From: Eledone cirrhosa
Taxonomy: Eukaryota
Assembly: GCA_964016885.1 (NCBI GenBank)
Contig: CAXHJY010001640.1
Location: 20,001 to 84,000, forward strand
DNA: 64,000 nt
Reading direction: 5' to 3'
Shown here: positions 13,456 to 25,679 of the stretch, piece by piece
Layout: each line of letters begins with the position of its first letter
Position numbering within the stretch: the stretch's first letter is position 1
Translations under genes and position numbers: made by a program
Notes under the pieces: generated by a model
What the model was told of the DNA's origin: nothing
What the model saw: only the letters and a program-made list of their open reading frames with translations
Databases searched by the model: none

Positions 13456-14113
13456 ATAAAAGTTGTCATATAAAATTGAAGTGAATGTAACGCGGTAAAA
13501 TCCTTTGTGCAGTATAAGGGGCTAAATCTATTTAACCCGCGAATGGTTTGAAAAGTACAAGAAACGATCTGATATCCTTAGTAGTCAGTTCAAGATATCA
13601 GCACGTGCTGACGTACAGGCAACATCGGAATTTCTAGCAAAACTGAAGAGTATTACAGAAAGAGGTAAATATTCACTAACACTAACTTTAACGTAGATTA
13701 ATGTTGGGATATTTTGGAAATATTTATCAAAAATGTTATCTAAAAGAAAAGAAAAACGGTACCAAAGTAGACGGCAGTAAAAAGATGGTCTCACATTTTT
13801 GTTAGGAACAAAAAGAATCCATTATTCGTTTATCATTCTGATACTCCGAGAGCATGGAAGACGTCTCCAAATCGAATCTGCCTTTTATACAGAAATCTAA
13901 CAAAATCTTGAGTTACACAGAGTTTGTTTATTGAATAGTTTATTAAACATTAGTGCTCTGATGCCTGTAAGGATAATTTCTGCTCTGCCAATACTGTGAG
14001 AAGAGTCATTTCAACCCCAATGCACTTCTGCTTTTAGGCAACGTTCAAATTTAAATTTACTCTAAGCCTGTGTACATGCTCAACACAAATTCTCTATTAC
14101 AATCTACGGATCG

Positions 14114-14355
<242 letters not shown>

Positions 14356-16705
14356 TCCAATTCGACATCAACAATTACTACTCCTCCATCACTTTACCAC
14401 TTCTCCTTAGAGCTATCAATTTCGCTAAAACACTCACAGTAGTTAAGGATTTCGAAGTTGATGTCATCCTCAATGCCCGTAAGTCGGTGATTAATTTCGA
14501 CGACTCTATTTGGATAAAAAAATCCAATAGTACCCCATTCGACGTGAGTATGGGCGTCAGCGATTCTGCGGAGGTTACTGATCTTATCGGCCTTTTCCTT
14601 CTTTTCTCTATCAAGGACGAATTCCACAACGCGGGCGGTGGTTTGTACCGTGATTATGGTCTTTTGACCATGACTAAGTGCGGCCCACATGCTTGCGACA
14701 GGTTCAGAAAAGAACTCACAGCTTTCTTTAAAGGATTCAACCTCTCTATACAGGTTGAGGCCAATCTCTCGGTCGTTAATTACCTCGACGTTACCCTCAA
14801 TTTATTGAATCGGTTGTATTACCCGTATAGAAAGCCGAATGATACGCTTAATTACATAAGTAAGCATTCCAACCATCCTGCCAGCTTAACCAAGAACCTG
14901 GTAAGAAACGTTTCGTTGAGGCTTTCCCGTCTATCTACTAAAGAACATATTTTCAACGACCATTCCACTTATTACAATGAAGCTCTTGCTCGGAGTGGAT
15001 TTGTCGATAAGGTAGCATATACAGAGTACGAAAATAGACCTAGAAGAAATAGATCCCGTCGCATTTGTTGGTATAACCTACCATATAATATGGAGGTGGC
15101 CACACCATTAGCTAAGATCTTTCTTTCCCTTATTACGAAGCATTTTCCCCCTACACATAAATATAGTAAAATTTTAATAGAAATACTATTAAAATTTCTT
15201 ACTCTACGACTCCTAACCTTGCACATAACATCACAGCTTCAAATTTAGCTAAACTACCTAGCCGTAGGAACACGTGCAACCCTGTAATTAGTACTAACTG
15301 TAATTGTAGGAATCGGGTTGATTTCCCCCTATCCGGGAAATGCCTCTCTAGTAACATTGTCTACAAATGTAAGGTTGAAACACCCACGTCCCGTAGGGTC
15401 TACATAGGGTTAACCGCCAATAGATTCAAGCAGCGTCTTTACATGCATACCCATTCTTTTCGTTACCCTCTAAGAAGGAATATGACGTCACTTTCAGCTT
15501 ATATCTGGAGTCTAAAAGACAACCACACCCAATATAAGTTACACTGGGAGATACTAGCTAGGGCTAGATCGTATAACGGAAATAAAAGACCATGTGACCT
15601 CTGCGCCGCTGAGGCCCTGGAAATACTCTACGCCACAGACCACATCTTAAACAAAAAATCTGAGGCAATTTCGGCTTGTAAATAAATTGCACAAAACTTT
15701 CCTGTATTACAGCCCCACGTTATACCCTAACGGATAGTACGATCTTGATGTGGTAGCTAAGTATATGTTTTGTTTATACCATTACTTATTTGCATAGATA
15801 AGTATATATTACCTGTATGTTTTGTGAAGGTACGTATACCTTCTCGTGCGTATATTTGATTGTATATGTTATGGCGTATAATTTAATATATTCTGGTACA
15901 TACGGTTTGGTTATGGGTATACGGGAGTTTTGCGTCTGTGTGTGTATGCAGGTTCGTACGTATGTAGGGCGTGTGTATATGTGTACTTCATGTTTTGGAT
16001 GACTTACGTCTCCGAACATTTATGTATTTACATGTAGGTATGTGTGTGCGCTTGTTATATACGTATTTATTTATTTATATACGTTTATTTAATTATTTAT
16101 TTATTTGTATACACGCATACACACACACACATATTTATATGTGCGTGGTTTTGTATACCTATGGTAAGTGTTTTCGTGTATGCTTGTGTATGTACGTATC
16201 TGTATGCGTGTATTTACTTCTGTATTGTATTTATTTACTTTGTTCTTAACTCTGAAGCGGAGATTCATTCGGTCTCCTAGTTAGAATTTTAGTCTACGAC
16301 TTCTGCTATACCATTTACGTGGTTTTGCGTGAAATTGTTCTCCACGGTCCACATATGGCGTATTATCTTCGTTTTTTTCGTTCATTGCCAGAGAACGTCT
16401 CTATGAACCACCTAAGAGAACATTAGTCTACGACCTCTTTTATACCATAAACGTGGTTCTGTCTTTGCGCGTAATTGTTTTTCACCGCTCCAATTAATGA
16501 CGTATTATATTCGTTTTTTCCCGTTCTTTGCCAGGGAACGTTTCCACGAACCAAAGTATCGTCTTCTTGCCTTGCTCCGGTTGCAACGTTTTTTGAAATA
16601 TCCACTTCTGCGTTTACAGATTGACTTTGTTAGTTTCAGAAGATCCCGTTAAGGGTGAAAGCAGCGATTCTTTGCTTAAACTTTAATCTGTTATTTTAAT
16701 AAATA
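14356..16705 (+). mobile_element. 5'-truncated Penelope-like retroelement (RT plus C-terminal GIY-YIG endonuclease plus 3'UTR)
   Basis: [30 protein letters not shown] (YRDD mutated), VNYLDVTLNL, PYRKPND, SNHP; then CNCR..GKC, NIVYKC...VYIGLTANRFKQR, CDLCAAE, LNKKSE; frameshift near 15170; decayed hammerhead CAGAAGA-tcccgttaagggt-GAAA at 16637; AATAAA then (AT)n. Confidence 0.9.
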
Positions 16706-16812
16706 TATATATATGCAGAGGTTATATTTAATTTGTTGGGATTCAACAAGCTTAAAAATGTTATAACTGATATAAAGCACTCAACAGTTTAGTGGAGTAA
16801 ATATTCAATATA

Positions 16813-17080
16813 TTAATAAATGGAAACTATATTTATAAAACCATAATTATTTTATTATATATATTTCAAGAGCAACCAAGGCAAATAAATATTGACATAC
16901 CGGAAAAAAGATAACCTTAACGGTTGAAGTTCCCTGGAACTTCAACCGTTAAGGTTGTCTTTTTTCCGGGTAAGTCAATATTTATTTATAAAACAAATCT
17001 GTATTTTATCTGATGAAAGCGCACCATAATTTGCCTTGGTTGCTCTTGAAATATATATAATAAAATAATTATGGTTTTAG

Positions 17081-17086
<6 letters not shown>
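16813..17086. repeat. Fold-back of PLE 3' terminus (family of 8094-9720)
   Basis: Arms centred near 16934 (TTAACGGTTGAAGTTCC-ct-GGAACTTCAACCGTTAA); outer arms 16826-16886 / 17029-17086. Confidence 0.85.
17002..17067 (+). ncRNA. Minimal type I hammerhead ribozyme
   Basis: TATTTTAT-CTGATGA-aagcgcacca..tggttgctctt-GAAA-TATATATA-ATAAAATA; palindromic stem III; predicted cut after 17059. Confidence 0.7.
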
Positions 17087-17177
<91 letters not shown>

Positions 17178-17370
17178 GTACATATATATATATATATTTA
17201 CAATATTATATATATATATATGTACATATATATATATATATATTTACAATATTATATATATATATGTACATATATATATATATTTACAATATTATATATA
17301 TATATATATACAATATTGTATATATGTACATATATATATATATTTACAATATTATATATATACACAATAT
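17084..17370. repeat. Complex (AT)n repeat with TTTACAATATT and TGTACA spacers
   Basis: Direct reading. Confidence 0.85.
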
Positions 17371-17550
17371 TTTGGCAGTATCGGTAGAGGGTCGGACGTC
17401 ATGCTTTCCAGCATAGTTACGTCCCTTTACGATCTGAGTTCAAATCCCGCCGAGGTTGACTTTGCCTTTCATCCTTACGGGGTCGATAAAATAAAGTGCC
17501 AGTAATGCACTGGGTAATTGCTGGCCTTGTGCCAAAAGTAGAAACAATTA
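17371..17550 (+). mobile_element. OR-type octopus tRNA-derived SINE
   Basis: TGGCAGTATCGGTAGAG...GAGTTCAAATCCCGCCGAGGTTGACTTTGCCTTTCATCCTTACGGGGTCGATAAAATAAAGT; multiple copies in window. Confidence 0.8.
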
Positions 17551-17591
17551 TATATATATACAATATATATATATATATTTTTTTTTTTTTA

Positions 17592-18141
17592 TTTTATAGA
17601 AGGAGCTTCTACAGGACTAGTACTGTTTCATTCAGATGAAATCTTCAGGAAGCTGGGTGTCATATTAAGTTCTGGTATTTATACATTTAGGTAGTGGTAA
17701 GGGAGGGGTGGTGGATGGGGGGGGTATTTAGATACACAGGACCACTTCATGGCACGGGCCGTTTTTTCTTTGGGAAGTGGTCAATTAGCCAGAGTGCTTT
17801 TTTGAAATAAATAAATAAGTAAATAAATAAATAAATAAATGAATAAATAGATAAATGAATAAATAAATAAAGAAAATAAATAAAAAAATAAATTAAAAAA
17901 ATAAATAAATAAAAACCCCAAGAATAGTAATTCAACAGATATATAGTAGGGAAAATGTTTAGGTGGGTTGGTAATAGAAATTAAACATTTAACAAGACAG
18001 AATCATGGCACAGACTGGGGTGAGTGGTCAAGTTAACATACAAGCCACAGGTGGCCAGAGTGTTTTAGTAGGATGGAAAGAATAAAATATATTTACATAT
18101 TCACAACCACATACAAAAACACTTACACACACATATATATA

Positions 18142-18181
<40 letters not shown>

Positions 18182-18198
18182 CACACCTACACATTCAC

Positions 18199-18205
<7 letters not shown>
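17592..18205 (-). mobile_element. Non-autonomous hammerhead-bearing element, left arm of inverted repeat
   Basis: Reverse complement of ~19005-19624, near-identical. Confidence 0.85.
17604..17654 (-). ncRNA. Type I hammerhead ribozyme
   Basis: Exact reverse complement of 19562-19612. Confidence 0.75.
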
Positions 18206-18278
<73 letters not shown>

Positions 18279-18294
18279 ATATATACATATATAC

Positions 18295-18492
18295 ACAAGA
18301 AAGGAATCCCCAGTCACTGAAGAGGTCACAGAGTGTGTGACGAAAGAACTATGACTATGTATAAACAACTATCTGGTTGTGGAACCAACCAACCAACCAG
18401 AAATTTATAAATTTATTATAATAAATTGAAGTGAAAGCAACTGGTGCGTGCGTTTCTTATTGGCAACATGACCCTCCCAAAGTATAACAATA
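18295..18492 (+). mobile_element. Solo 3' terminus of the PLE at 47128-49530
   Basis: Near-identical to reverse complement of 47128-47340. Confidence 0.85.
18312..18356 (+). ncRNA. Minimal type I hammerhead ribozyme
   Basis: AGTCA-CTGAAGA-gGTCACAgagtgTGTGAC-GAAAG-aa-CTA-TGACT. Confidence 0.7.
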
Positions 18493-18745
18493 TCGGTTTC
18501 AACACACGATTTCAGATAAAGAATCTTGCTAAACAAATTCAGAAACGAAATATATATATATATGAGATTATATATGTATGTGTGTGTGTATGTGTATATA
18601 TGTATATATATGTGTGAATGTATGTGTATGTGTGTGTGTGTGTATGTATGTGTATGTATGTGTGTGCATATGTATGTATGTGTATGTATAGTATAGTTTA
18701 TACCGAGAGACATACGTACATGTAGGTGTGTATATATATATATGT

Positions 18746-18785
<40 letters not shown>

Positions 18786-18923
18786 ATGCGCACGTGTGTA
18801 TGTGTAGATATATATATATGTGTGTATGTGTATGCATGTGTGTGTGTATATTTGTGTGTTTGTGTTTTTCTTGTGTATATATGTATATATGTGTATGTAT
18901 GTATGTATGTGTGTGTATATGTA

Positions 18924-18959
<36 letters not shown>

Positions 18960-18971
18960 CGCACACACATA

Positions 18972-19004
<33 letters not shown>

Positions 19005-19011
<7 letters not shown>

Positions 19012-19700
19012 AATGTGTAGGTGTGCACATATATATATATATATATATATAAGTATATATATGTGTGTGTAAGTGTTTTTGTATGTGGTTGTGAATATGT
19101 AAATATATTTTATTCTTTCCATCCTACTAAAACACTCTGGCCACCTGTGGCTTGTATGTTAACTTGACCACTCACCCCGGTCTGTGCCATGATTCGGTCT
19201 TGTTAAATGTTTAATTTCTATTACCAACCCACCTAAACATTTTCCCTACTATATATCTGTTGAATTACTATTCTTGGGGTTTTTATTTATTTTTTTTTTT
19301 TATTTTTTTTTTTATTTACTTTCTTTATTTATTTATTCATTTATCTATTTATTCATTTATTTATTTATTTATTTACTTATTTATTTATTTCAAAAAAGCA
19401 CTCTGGCTAATTGACCACTCCCCAAAGAAAAAACGGCCTGTGCCATGAAGTGGTCCTGTGTATCTAAATACCATCCCACCCCAAAAATCCCCCCCCCCCA
19501 TCCACCACCCCTCCCTTACCACTACCTAAATGTATAAATACCAGAACTTAATATGACACCCAGCTTCCTGAAGATTTCATCTGAATGAAACAGTACTAGT
19601 CCTGTAGAAGCTCCTTCTATAAAACAAAAAAAATTTTACTCTGCCATGTATTGAGTACCTTACTTACTGTGGTTATCCCCGACTCAACCCGGGACCTACG
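19005..19700 (+). mobile_element. Non-autonomous hammerhead-bearing element, right arm with 3' tail
   Basis: Inverted match to 17592-18205; tail TACTCTGC..GTATTGAGTACCTTACTTACTGTG..AACCCGGGA also at 7992-8049; ends at (AT)n. Confidence 0.85.
19562..19612 (+). ncRNA. Type I hammerhead ribozyme
   Basis: AGCTTC-CTGAAGA-tTTCatctGAAt-GAAACAG-tactagtc-CTGTA-GAAGCT; predicted GUA cut after 19606. Confidence 0.78.
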
Positions 19701-19941
19701 TATATATATATATATATATATACACAATATTATATGTCACCTTCAAATGGGGAAGTTCAAATGGTAAGCTAGGATCATCAGCAAGTGTAAGAGAGAGTTA
19801 AAACCATATGAACTCACACCTTTAAGCAAATCTAAGGACTGGCCAAAACGCACATGAAATTAAGAAATTATAGCGTGCTTCAGTTTTGCCTACGTGAGAG
19901 GAGCAATAGTTATCATAAAACGTTTATTTATCTCTCCACAG

Positions 19942-20104
19942 AATATTACCAGAGAACTCTTGCATTGAAGAAACAGAACCCTCAACTGCGAGTGCTGTTA
20001 GCAGTTGGTGGGTGGAAGATTGGCTCAAAACCCTTCTTGGAAATGATTCAATCCCAATATAACATGATGCAGTGGAGTCAGAACGTTATCAACTATCTCC
20101 GTCG
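19942..20104 (+). CDS. GH18 chitinase-family gene, internal exon
   Basis: Acceptor tttatctctccacAG, donor CG|GTAAGA; encodes YYQRTLALKKQNPQLRVLLAVGGWKIGSKPFLEMIQSQYNMMQWSQNVINYLR (GH18 KxxxxxGGW-type motif). Confidence 0.9.
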
Positions 20105-20349
20105 GTAAGATATACCTATTGTTTGTTCTCAAAGTTCTCTACTCTCTTATCATAGTGATCACATTAGAAAGGTAGCAAGTTTTTTGAAAGATGAACAGCG
20201 TATGCATCCAGTTTCAATTTTTGAGTTTAGGCTATTTGCTTTGATTTCTCCTTTCCTTTTCTTTTCCCGCCACTTCTAACCGTTCTATTACTATATTTTT
20301 AATATCTTAAGTATGGTCATTTGGTACCCGGTAGGGTAATTAAACTCAT

Positions 20350-21025
20350 ATCATGGTAGAGATGATCTTCTTCTGAGTATCAAGCGTCACTTGGTATCGA
20401 TGCCTCCCAAGGGGGCATCAATATGAGAAGTGATAGTTAAAGTTGAGCGGGAGGTTGGTCCACTCCTTCTCGAGCCTTGACTATGGGTAGGTCAACTGTT
20501 TCTTATTTGAAGTTGTTCCAGTGGTTGATCGTGCAATAAAGAAGTGGTCCCTAGGACTTGGTTGGTGTTGCACCTGGAGCTTCCGGTTGTATCCTCAGTT
20601 AGTCTTGCTCAGTGCCACCTTCTAGTCTACTCTACTTTATCGAACTCTTTTAGTATTTTAAAAGCTTGTATGATGTCTGTCCTCTACTTCCTATACTCCA
20701 GCGTCGGGAGTCCCAAAGCCTGAAGACGTTCATTGTAGTGTAGTAAAGAGAGCCCCCTGGAGGAGACTTGCTGCTCTTCGCTGCACATTTTCAATAATGT
20801 CCTTGTCTCTCTTCAACTTGGGTGCCCATATAACAGAGGCATGCTCAAGATGTGGAAGTATCAGGCTTTTCTACAGGAGTGTGAACGACTGTTTGTCCAG
20901 TGCAAAGGTGTGCTTCAGGAGCACCCAGTGATCTATTTGCCTTATTGACTTGTGCTTGTATGGGACTGCTGAATATTAGGTCATGGTCGATGATAACTCC
21001 CAAATCTTTTTCTTCTTTGATCTGA
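20350..21025 (-). mobile_element. CR1/L2-type LINE 3' fragment
   Basis: EEKDLGVIID..L.FS..IQAQVNKANR.LG, PHLEHASVIWAP, IENVQRRA, YNERLQALGLPTLEYR; frameshifted. Confidence 0.8.
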
Positions 21026-21234
21026 AGAAGTGTGTAAAAGACATTACATAAGATTTTCAAATAATTTTGTAAATATTCACTAACTTTCTTATTATCAAGC
21101 TGGCGTGTTGAATATAATTAAAACTTTATGATAGAATTATGGTGGAAGGTTTTTAGATAAATATACACTAAAATAAACTGCTTCTTATCGTAGAACCAGA
21201 GCTGTTCCAGGTGGGTTGGTATCAAAAGGGTTAA
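21026..21234 (-). mobile_element. Possible MITE fragment with TTAA-CCCTTT terminus
   Basis: Ends in GTTGGTATCAAAAGGGTTAA; partner end not visible. Confidence 0.35.
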
Positions 21235-21859
21235 AGTGTATCATCTCTCGGATCCTACACTGAATACTTTCACCCAATAACAAACTCTCCTACCCATTTA
21301 TAGTATTTCTCTCAAACATTGACTTTAGTTTCATCAATCTAGGAGGGTCTGCCAAGGTTATGGCTACTGTCGCATCCTCTTATCAATAAATCTTACTGAT
21401 AGTATGGAATTCTAATATAGTCAAAATTTTGATTCAATCGACCCCTGGTATTTGACAAGTACATTATTTTATAAGACCAAGTTATATAAACAAAAATTTA
21501 AAAATCTTGGCTGACCTATCAATAATAAAATCTTGCCACTTTCCACGTAAAAATCGTTTATTTCTATTGACTAACCATAACTACATACTCTCAGATTGAA
21601 TTATGAGAAATGTAATACTGTAACGTCCATTCCTTTCCTATATATAAGTAATGGGAAATAAAGTCGACTGAGAATCGAAATTCGATTGCAGTCTAAGTTT
21701 ACCGAGAGCTTACATTTTCTCAACGGTTCTCGCAGCACGAATATGATAAACAATACTGAAAGCCTGTTTATCCACGTAACCGTATCACCGTCCTTCTGAT
21801 ACATGGGTGTAGATATCGATTAGTTTGTTTATTTGTTTGTGTTTTTGTTTGCCTGTCAG

Positions 21860-21945
<86 letters not shown>
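21860..21945. repeat. (CT)n microsatellite
   Basis: Direct run. Confidence 0.95.
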
Positions 21946-21948
<3 letters not shown>

Positions 21949-22664
21949 ATGTATGTTTGTCTGTGTATCCTTTGGGTTTATTTTTTCATTAAATAGTTTA
22001 TGTTCATTCATTTGGTATTTCTGCCGTATTCGCTATACTTCTAATGATATACGATGTTAAAGAAACTTGTTTGGGCTGACAGCGCGTCACTGATATGAAA
22101 CCGTTTCCATTCTACTTCCACGCCTCACTAATATGATAGCAAGAAAAATTTCTTTCATATGCCTCATATAGTTTCAAATGTTATTTCTTCATTTATTTTT
22201 ACATTTCCTATTATTGTGGTAGCTTCTTTTGTTTAAAAATAAAGCAAATATTTCCTTCTGTCTTTTCATCCTGTTTCAATCTTTATTATCGTCTGCTGCA
22301 GTCAAAATGTCGGCCAGTAAATTGTATATAGCCTGCTGGAGTTTCAGATGATTTTGTTTGTTTATTATTCTTTGTGTGTGGGTGGACGCGCATGCGCGCT
22401 TTTCTTTTTCAGCTTCTCAGTCTTCTAATATCGTCTATATCATGACTATCAACAAGAACAACACTAAGATCCTCACTACTATTACAACCATCATGCATTG
22501 CTGTTACCACTACATCATCAATATCACTCTGACCAATAGGACCATTTATGTGTACATTGTTTGTGTACATGTGTGTGCCTGGTGTGAGACATTTAATACA
22601 GTAGTACTTGCAAACCTTTCGGGGTTTTTATTAGTATGGTCTGGATAAGTTATGTCCATATCTA

Positions 22665-23400
22665 TTGCAGGCCCTCCAAGACCGGTGGACTGAGATGGCT
22701 AACATTTCGCTTGAATAGTTGCTGGGGAACATGCGCGGGATGGGAATTCTAGAGATTCAACATTCTGGACAGGGAAGTCAGAGCATAGTTATTTATGAGA
22801 AGGATAGGAGGAAGTGGGCACCATATATATGACGAGTGGAAGACTGACAAGTGATTCGGGGGTGTTTGAGTAGAGGTAGAGGAGACCATCGAGCTTTGAG
22901 AAACAAAAGCCATTGTAATAGCGAGAGGGAGTGAGAGAGAGAGGGATTGATATATATATAGAGAGAGAGAGAGAGAAAGAGGGGGGAGCATGTGTGAGAG
23001 CCATAGGTATGTGTATTAGTGAACCACTCCATGCCGATCTGTCGGGGAACCTTTCTTTGGATGCGGTCTTGATGTTCGTGTAGCAGTAGCAAAGTCCCAG
23101 ACACAGGAACAGAACTTCTTTATGGATCTTACCTCAGCTTCGAAGAGAGTTACCAGTTGTTTAGGGAAGAAATATTTTCTGGTCAGGCTTCGTGATGCAG
23201 TTTTAACTGTGATTAGAACGTGCGTTTGCCAAAAATGATTTTCATAAGAGCGACCTTGAGGGTTCTAGTTGCATGTTCAGAGTGTAGTTGATGATCTTTT
23301 CTTGATATATGTAATGATTGTCCCACAAGGTGCTCTATTACTCCACGTTAACTTGGTATGGGATATCGGAGCAGTAGTACTTATCAACAATTACTCTACT
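22665..23400 (-). mobile_element. Highly decayed Penelope/Poseidon-like PLE remnant
   Basis: Minus 23290-23365 reads PYQV/RGVIEHLVGQSLHISRKDH, resembling the PLE thumb region; pLTR-like 3' segment at 22665-22920. Confidence 0.4.
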
Positions 23401-24480
23401 AGTTTGTGGTGATTCCATGAAGATAAGGGTTAGAGAAGCATGTCCTGAGAGAAAAACAAGTTGTGGTGGTCAGTCTTTGGGCAATTTTAGACATACAAAT
23501 TTTCTAACTGCTCTCTTCAGCTGAAAGGAGTTATCAGTCGTTTTTTGTCGTTCTTGCTACCGGATATATCTCTTTCACAGCGAAGATAGTGACTCTGTGA
23601 ATTGTACACTCCCAACCCAATCCCTTGAAAAATCATCATAGCTCAGTTACCTTCTCCCGCAACATAGATCTTGGCTCCCTAAAATGTCTGGTAGTGAAGG
23701 GGTTCGGTGGTGGGAGCAGATATGGATGTTTCTATCTAGAAATCTATATGTCAGCGGCACAACAATGGTTGGCTGTGGGGATCAAGTGGGACCTACTTCA
23801 GGCAGACCCCTGTGCAACCGAAAAAATGTATCTAGGAAAGACACTATTTACTTCAGCAGGAAAAAAATCTAGAAAAGGTGACCTAAAAATCATTCACTCG
23901 GTTAAGCCCCTTGACAGAAAACCACACTTTTCAGGACATTCCACGTAGCGATCGTTAAAACAAAAATAATATATCCCTCAAGGTTATCATGTGGAATATG
24001 CTTGATGTTAGCAACACACCAAACCGACTCCCCGCAGCGCCGAACAAGTCTCATAGCTAGTAGATTGAGGTACTAAAATGTATATATTGCTGTACTCAAG
24101 TTCTCTTAACGAGGATGGAGAGGAATATACCTTCTAGTAGAACTATCACAAGGATAAACATTACCTGTATGCCATTTGTTTTGCTGTAAGGAATATTCTG
24201 CCGTTTAAACTGAGATGCTCGTTAGCATTAATAATTAGCGTCACTGTGTCACTTCGTATTCCCTTTGCAAAGATTAATGATGTCGCAGTATGCCACCTTT
24301 CTGCCATTTCATAGTCAAGATAATGATTGCTTCTATCAGACATTAGATTAGGCACTGATTAAAATATTCTAAAAGTGGGGAAGAATGAAAAGAAACCAAG
24401 AATAAGAGACCACAGACCATGCGGCTTGATAAACTAACAGCGATGTATTTCTCTTGTTACACATAACATTACCATTATTT

Positions 24481-24668
24481 TGGATTGGAAGTATCAGTAG
24501 AGCATCAAACACCATGCTTTGCAGTATAGAGTTATGGCCTTTTATGTTCTGAGTTCAAATCTCGCCGAGCCTAACTTTGCCTTTCATTCTTACGGGGTCA
24601 ATAAAATAAAGCACCAGTAATGCATTGGGGTAATCGCTGGCCTTGTGGCAAAAGTAGAAACAATTATT
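24481..24668 (+). mobile_element. OR-type SINE
   Basis: Matches 17371-17550. Confidence 0.8.
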
Positions 24669-24901
24669 AACACAATAGCTCAACAGAAGGACAAACATGA
24701 AACTTTATGAATTCATCCAAAATATAAACACTGGCATCTAAATTCGTTTAAGTATAATTTCAAGTCAGAATATAAAGGAACCTAACTAAATACTGTAAAA
24801 CGTTTACCGTTTCTGTTGAAGCAGTTGTAATTTAAGGGGTCGGTTTCTTCTCAATCTTCACTTTCACCAACTCATTTTTTTCTCCTCCCTTTTCTTTGAA
24901 G

Positions 24902-24995
24902 CTATGGTTTCGATGGATTAGACATGGATTGGGAATTCCCTGGTGTCAGAGGAAGTATACCAAGTGACAAACACTCTTTCACAATCCTACTCAAA
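24902..24995 (+). CDS. GH18 chitinase-family gene, catalytic exon
   Basis: Long pyrimidine tract then AG; donor AAA|GTAAGT; phase matches previous exon (CG+C=Arg); encodes [31 protein letters not shown] with intact DxxDxDxE. Confidence 0.93.
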
Positions 24996-25314
24996 GTAAG
25001 TAATTATAAAGAAAGCATTTTTTTTTTGGACTCTTGTTATAACTACCACCAGTGGTGACTACCTCCACACCAACTACATCCACCACCACCTGCCTTTGTT
25101 GATTGGTCTGCTTCATCTGGCTACCCTGTGGTTAAAAACAACAACTATACCCCCTCCTCACCATTATAAATACTAAAATACACATCTCTGATACAAACAA
25201 CGCCAATGTCAAGATCAAATCTCACAATGTCATTCTCAGCACCATCACCTCCATTATAGCACCATTCCAACACCACAAACAATTGTAACATTTCCATTTA
25301 ATACCCCTAGTGTA

Positions 25315-25575
25315 ATCTGCGAGATGCCATCACCGAGCAATCGCTCGAGATACTTGGCTACTTGCTTCACATGTCCACGGGACCTACTTCGAATAGAATC
25401 CAGATGAGTGACGTAGGGAGCAAGGCAGACATATCAAGAGCTGGTTGAGATCTGTGAAGACCTGATAGACATTGGCCTAACTTGTAAGCAGGCTCGTGAT
25501 AGGGTTTGCGATAGTGCGAAACGAAGATCTCGTCGCTCAATGCCCCACAAGGAGCAAAAAGAACTAAAGATGAAT
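25315..25575 (+). mobile_element. Decayed RTE LINE 3' end
   Basis: LRYLGYLLHMS-like segment and terminal VAQCPTRSKKN*. Confidence 0.5.
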
Positions 25576-25679
25576 ATCACCACCAACACTTTTGTTATAA
25601 ACAACATTAGCACCAACTTCATCAAAATACAACTAACTCATTCGGCTCGCATTACTAGCATTAATACACAGTGAGGTAT

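Noticed and set aside
19854-19941. ATG start of ORF 19854-20108 as the chitinase N-terminus
   Set aside because: Similarity begins at the AG acceptor at 19941; the upstream part is intronic
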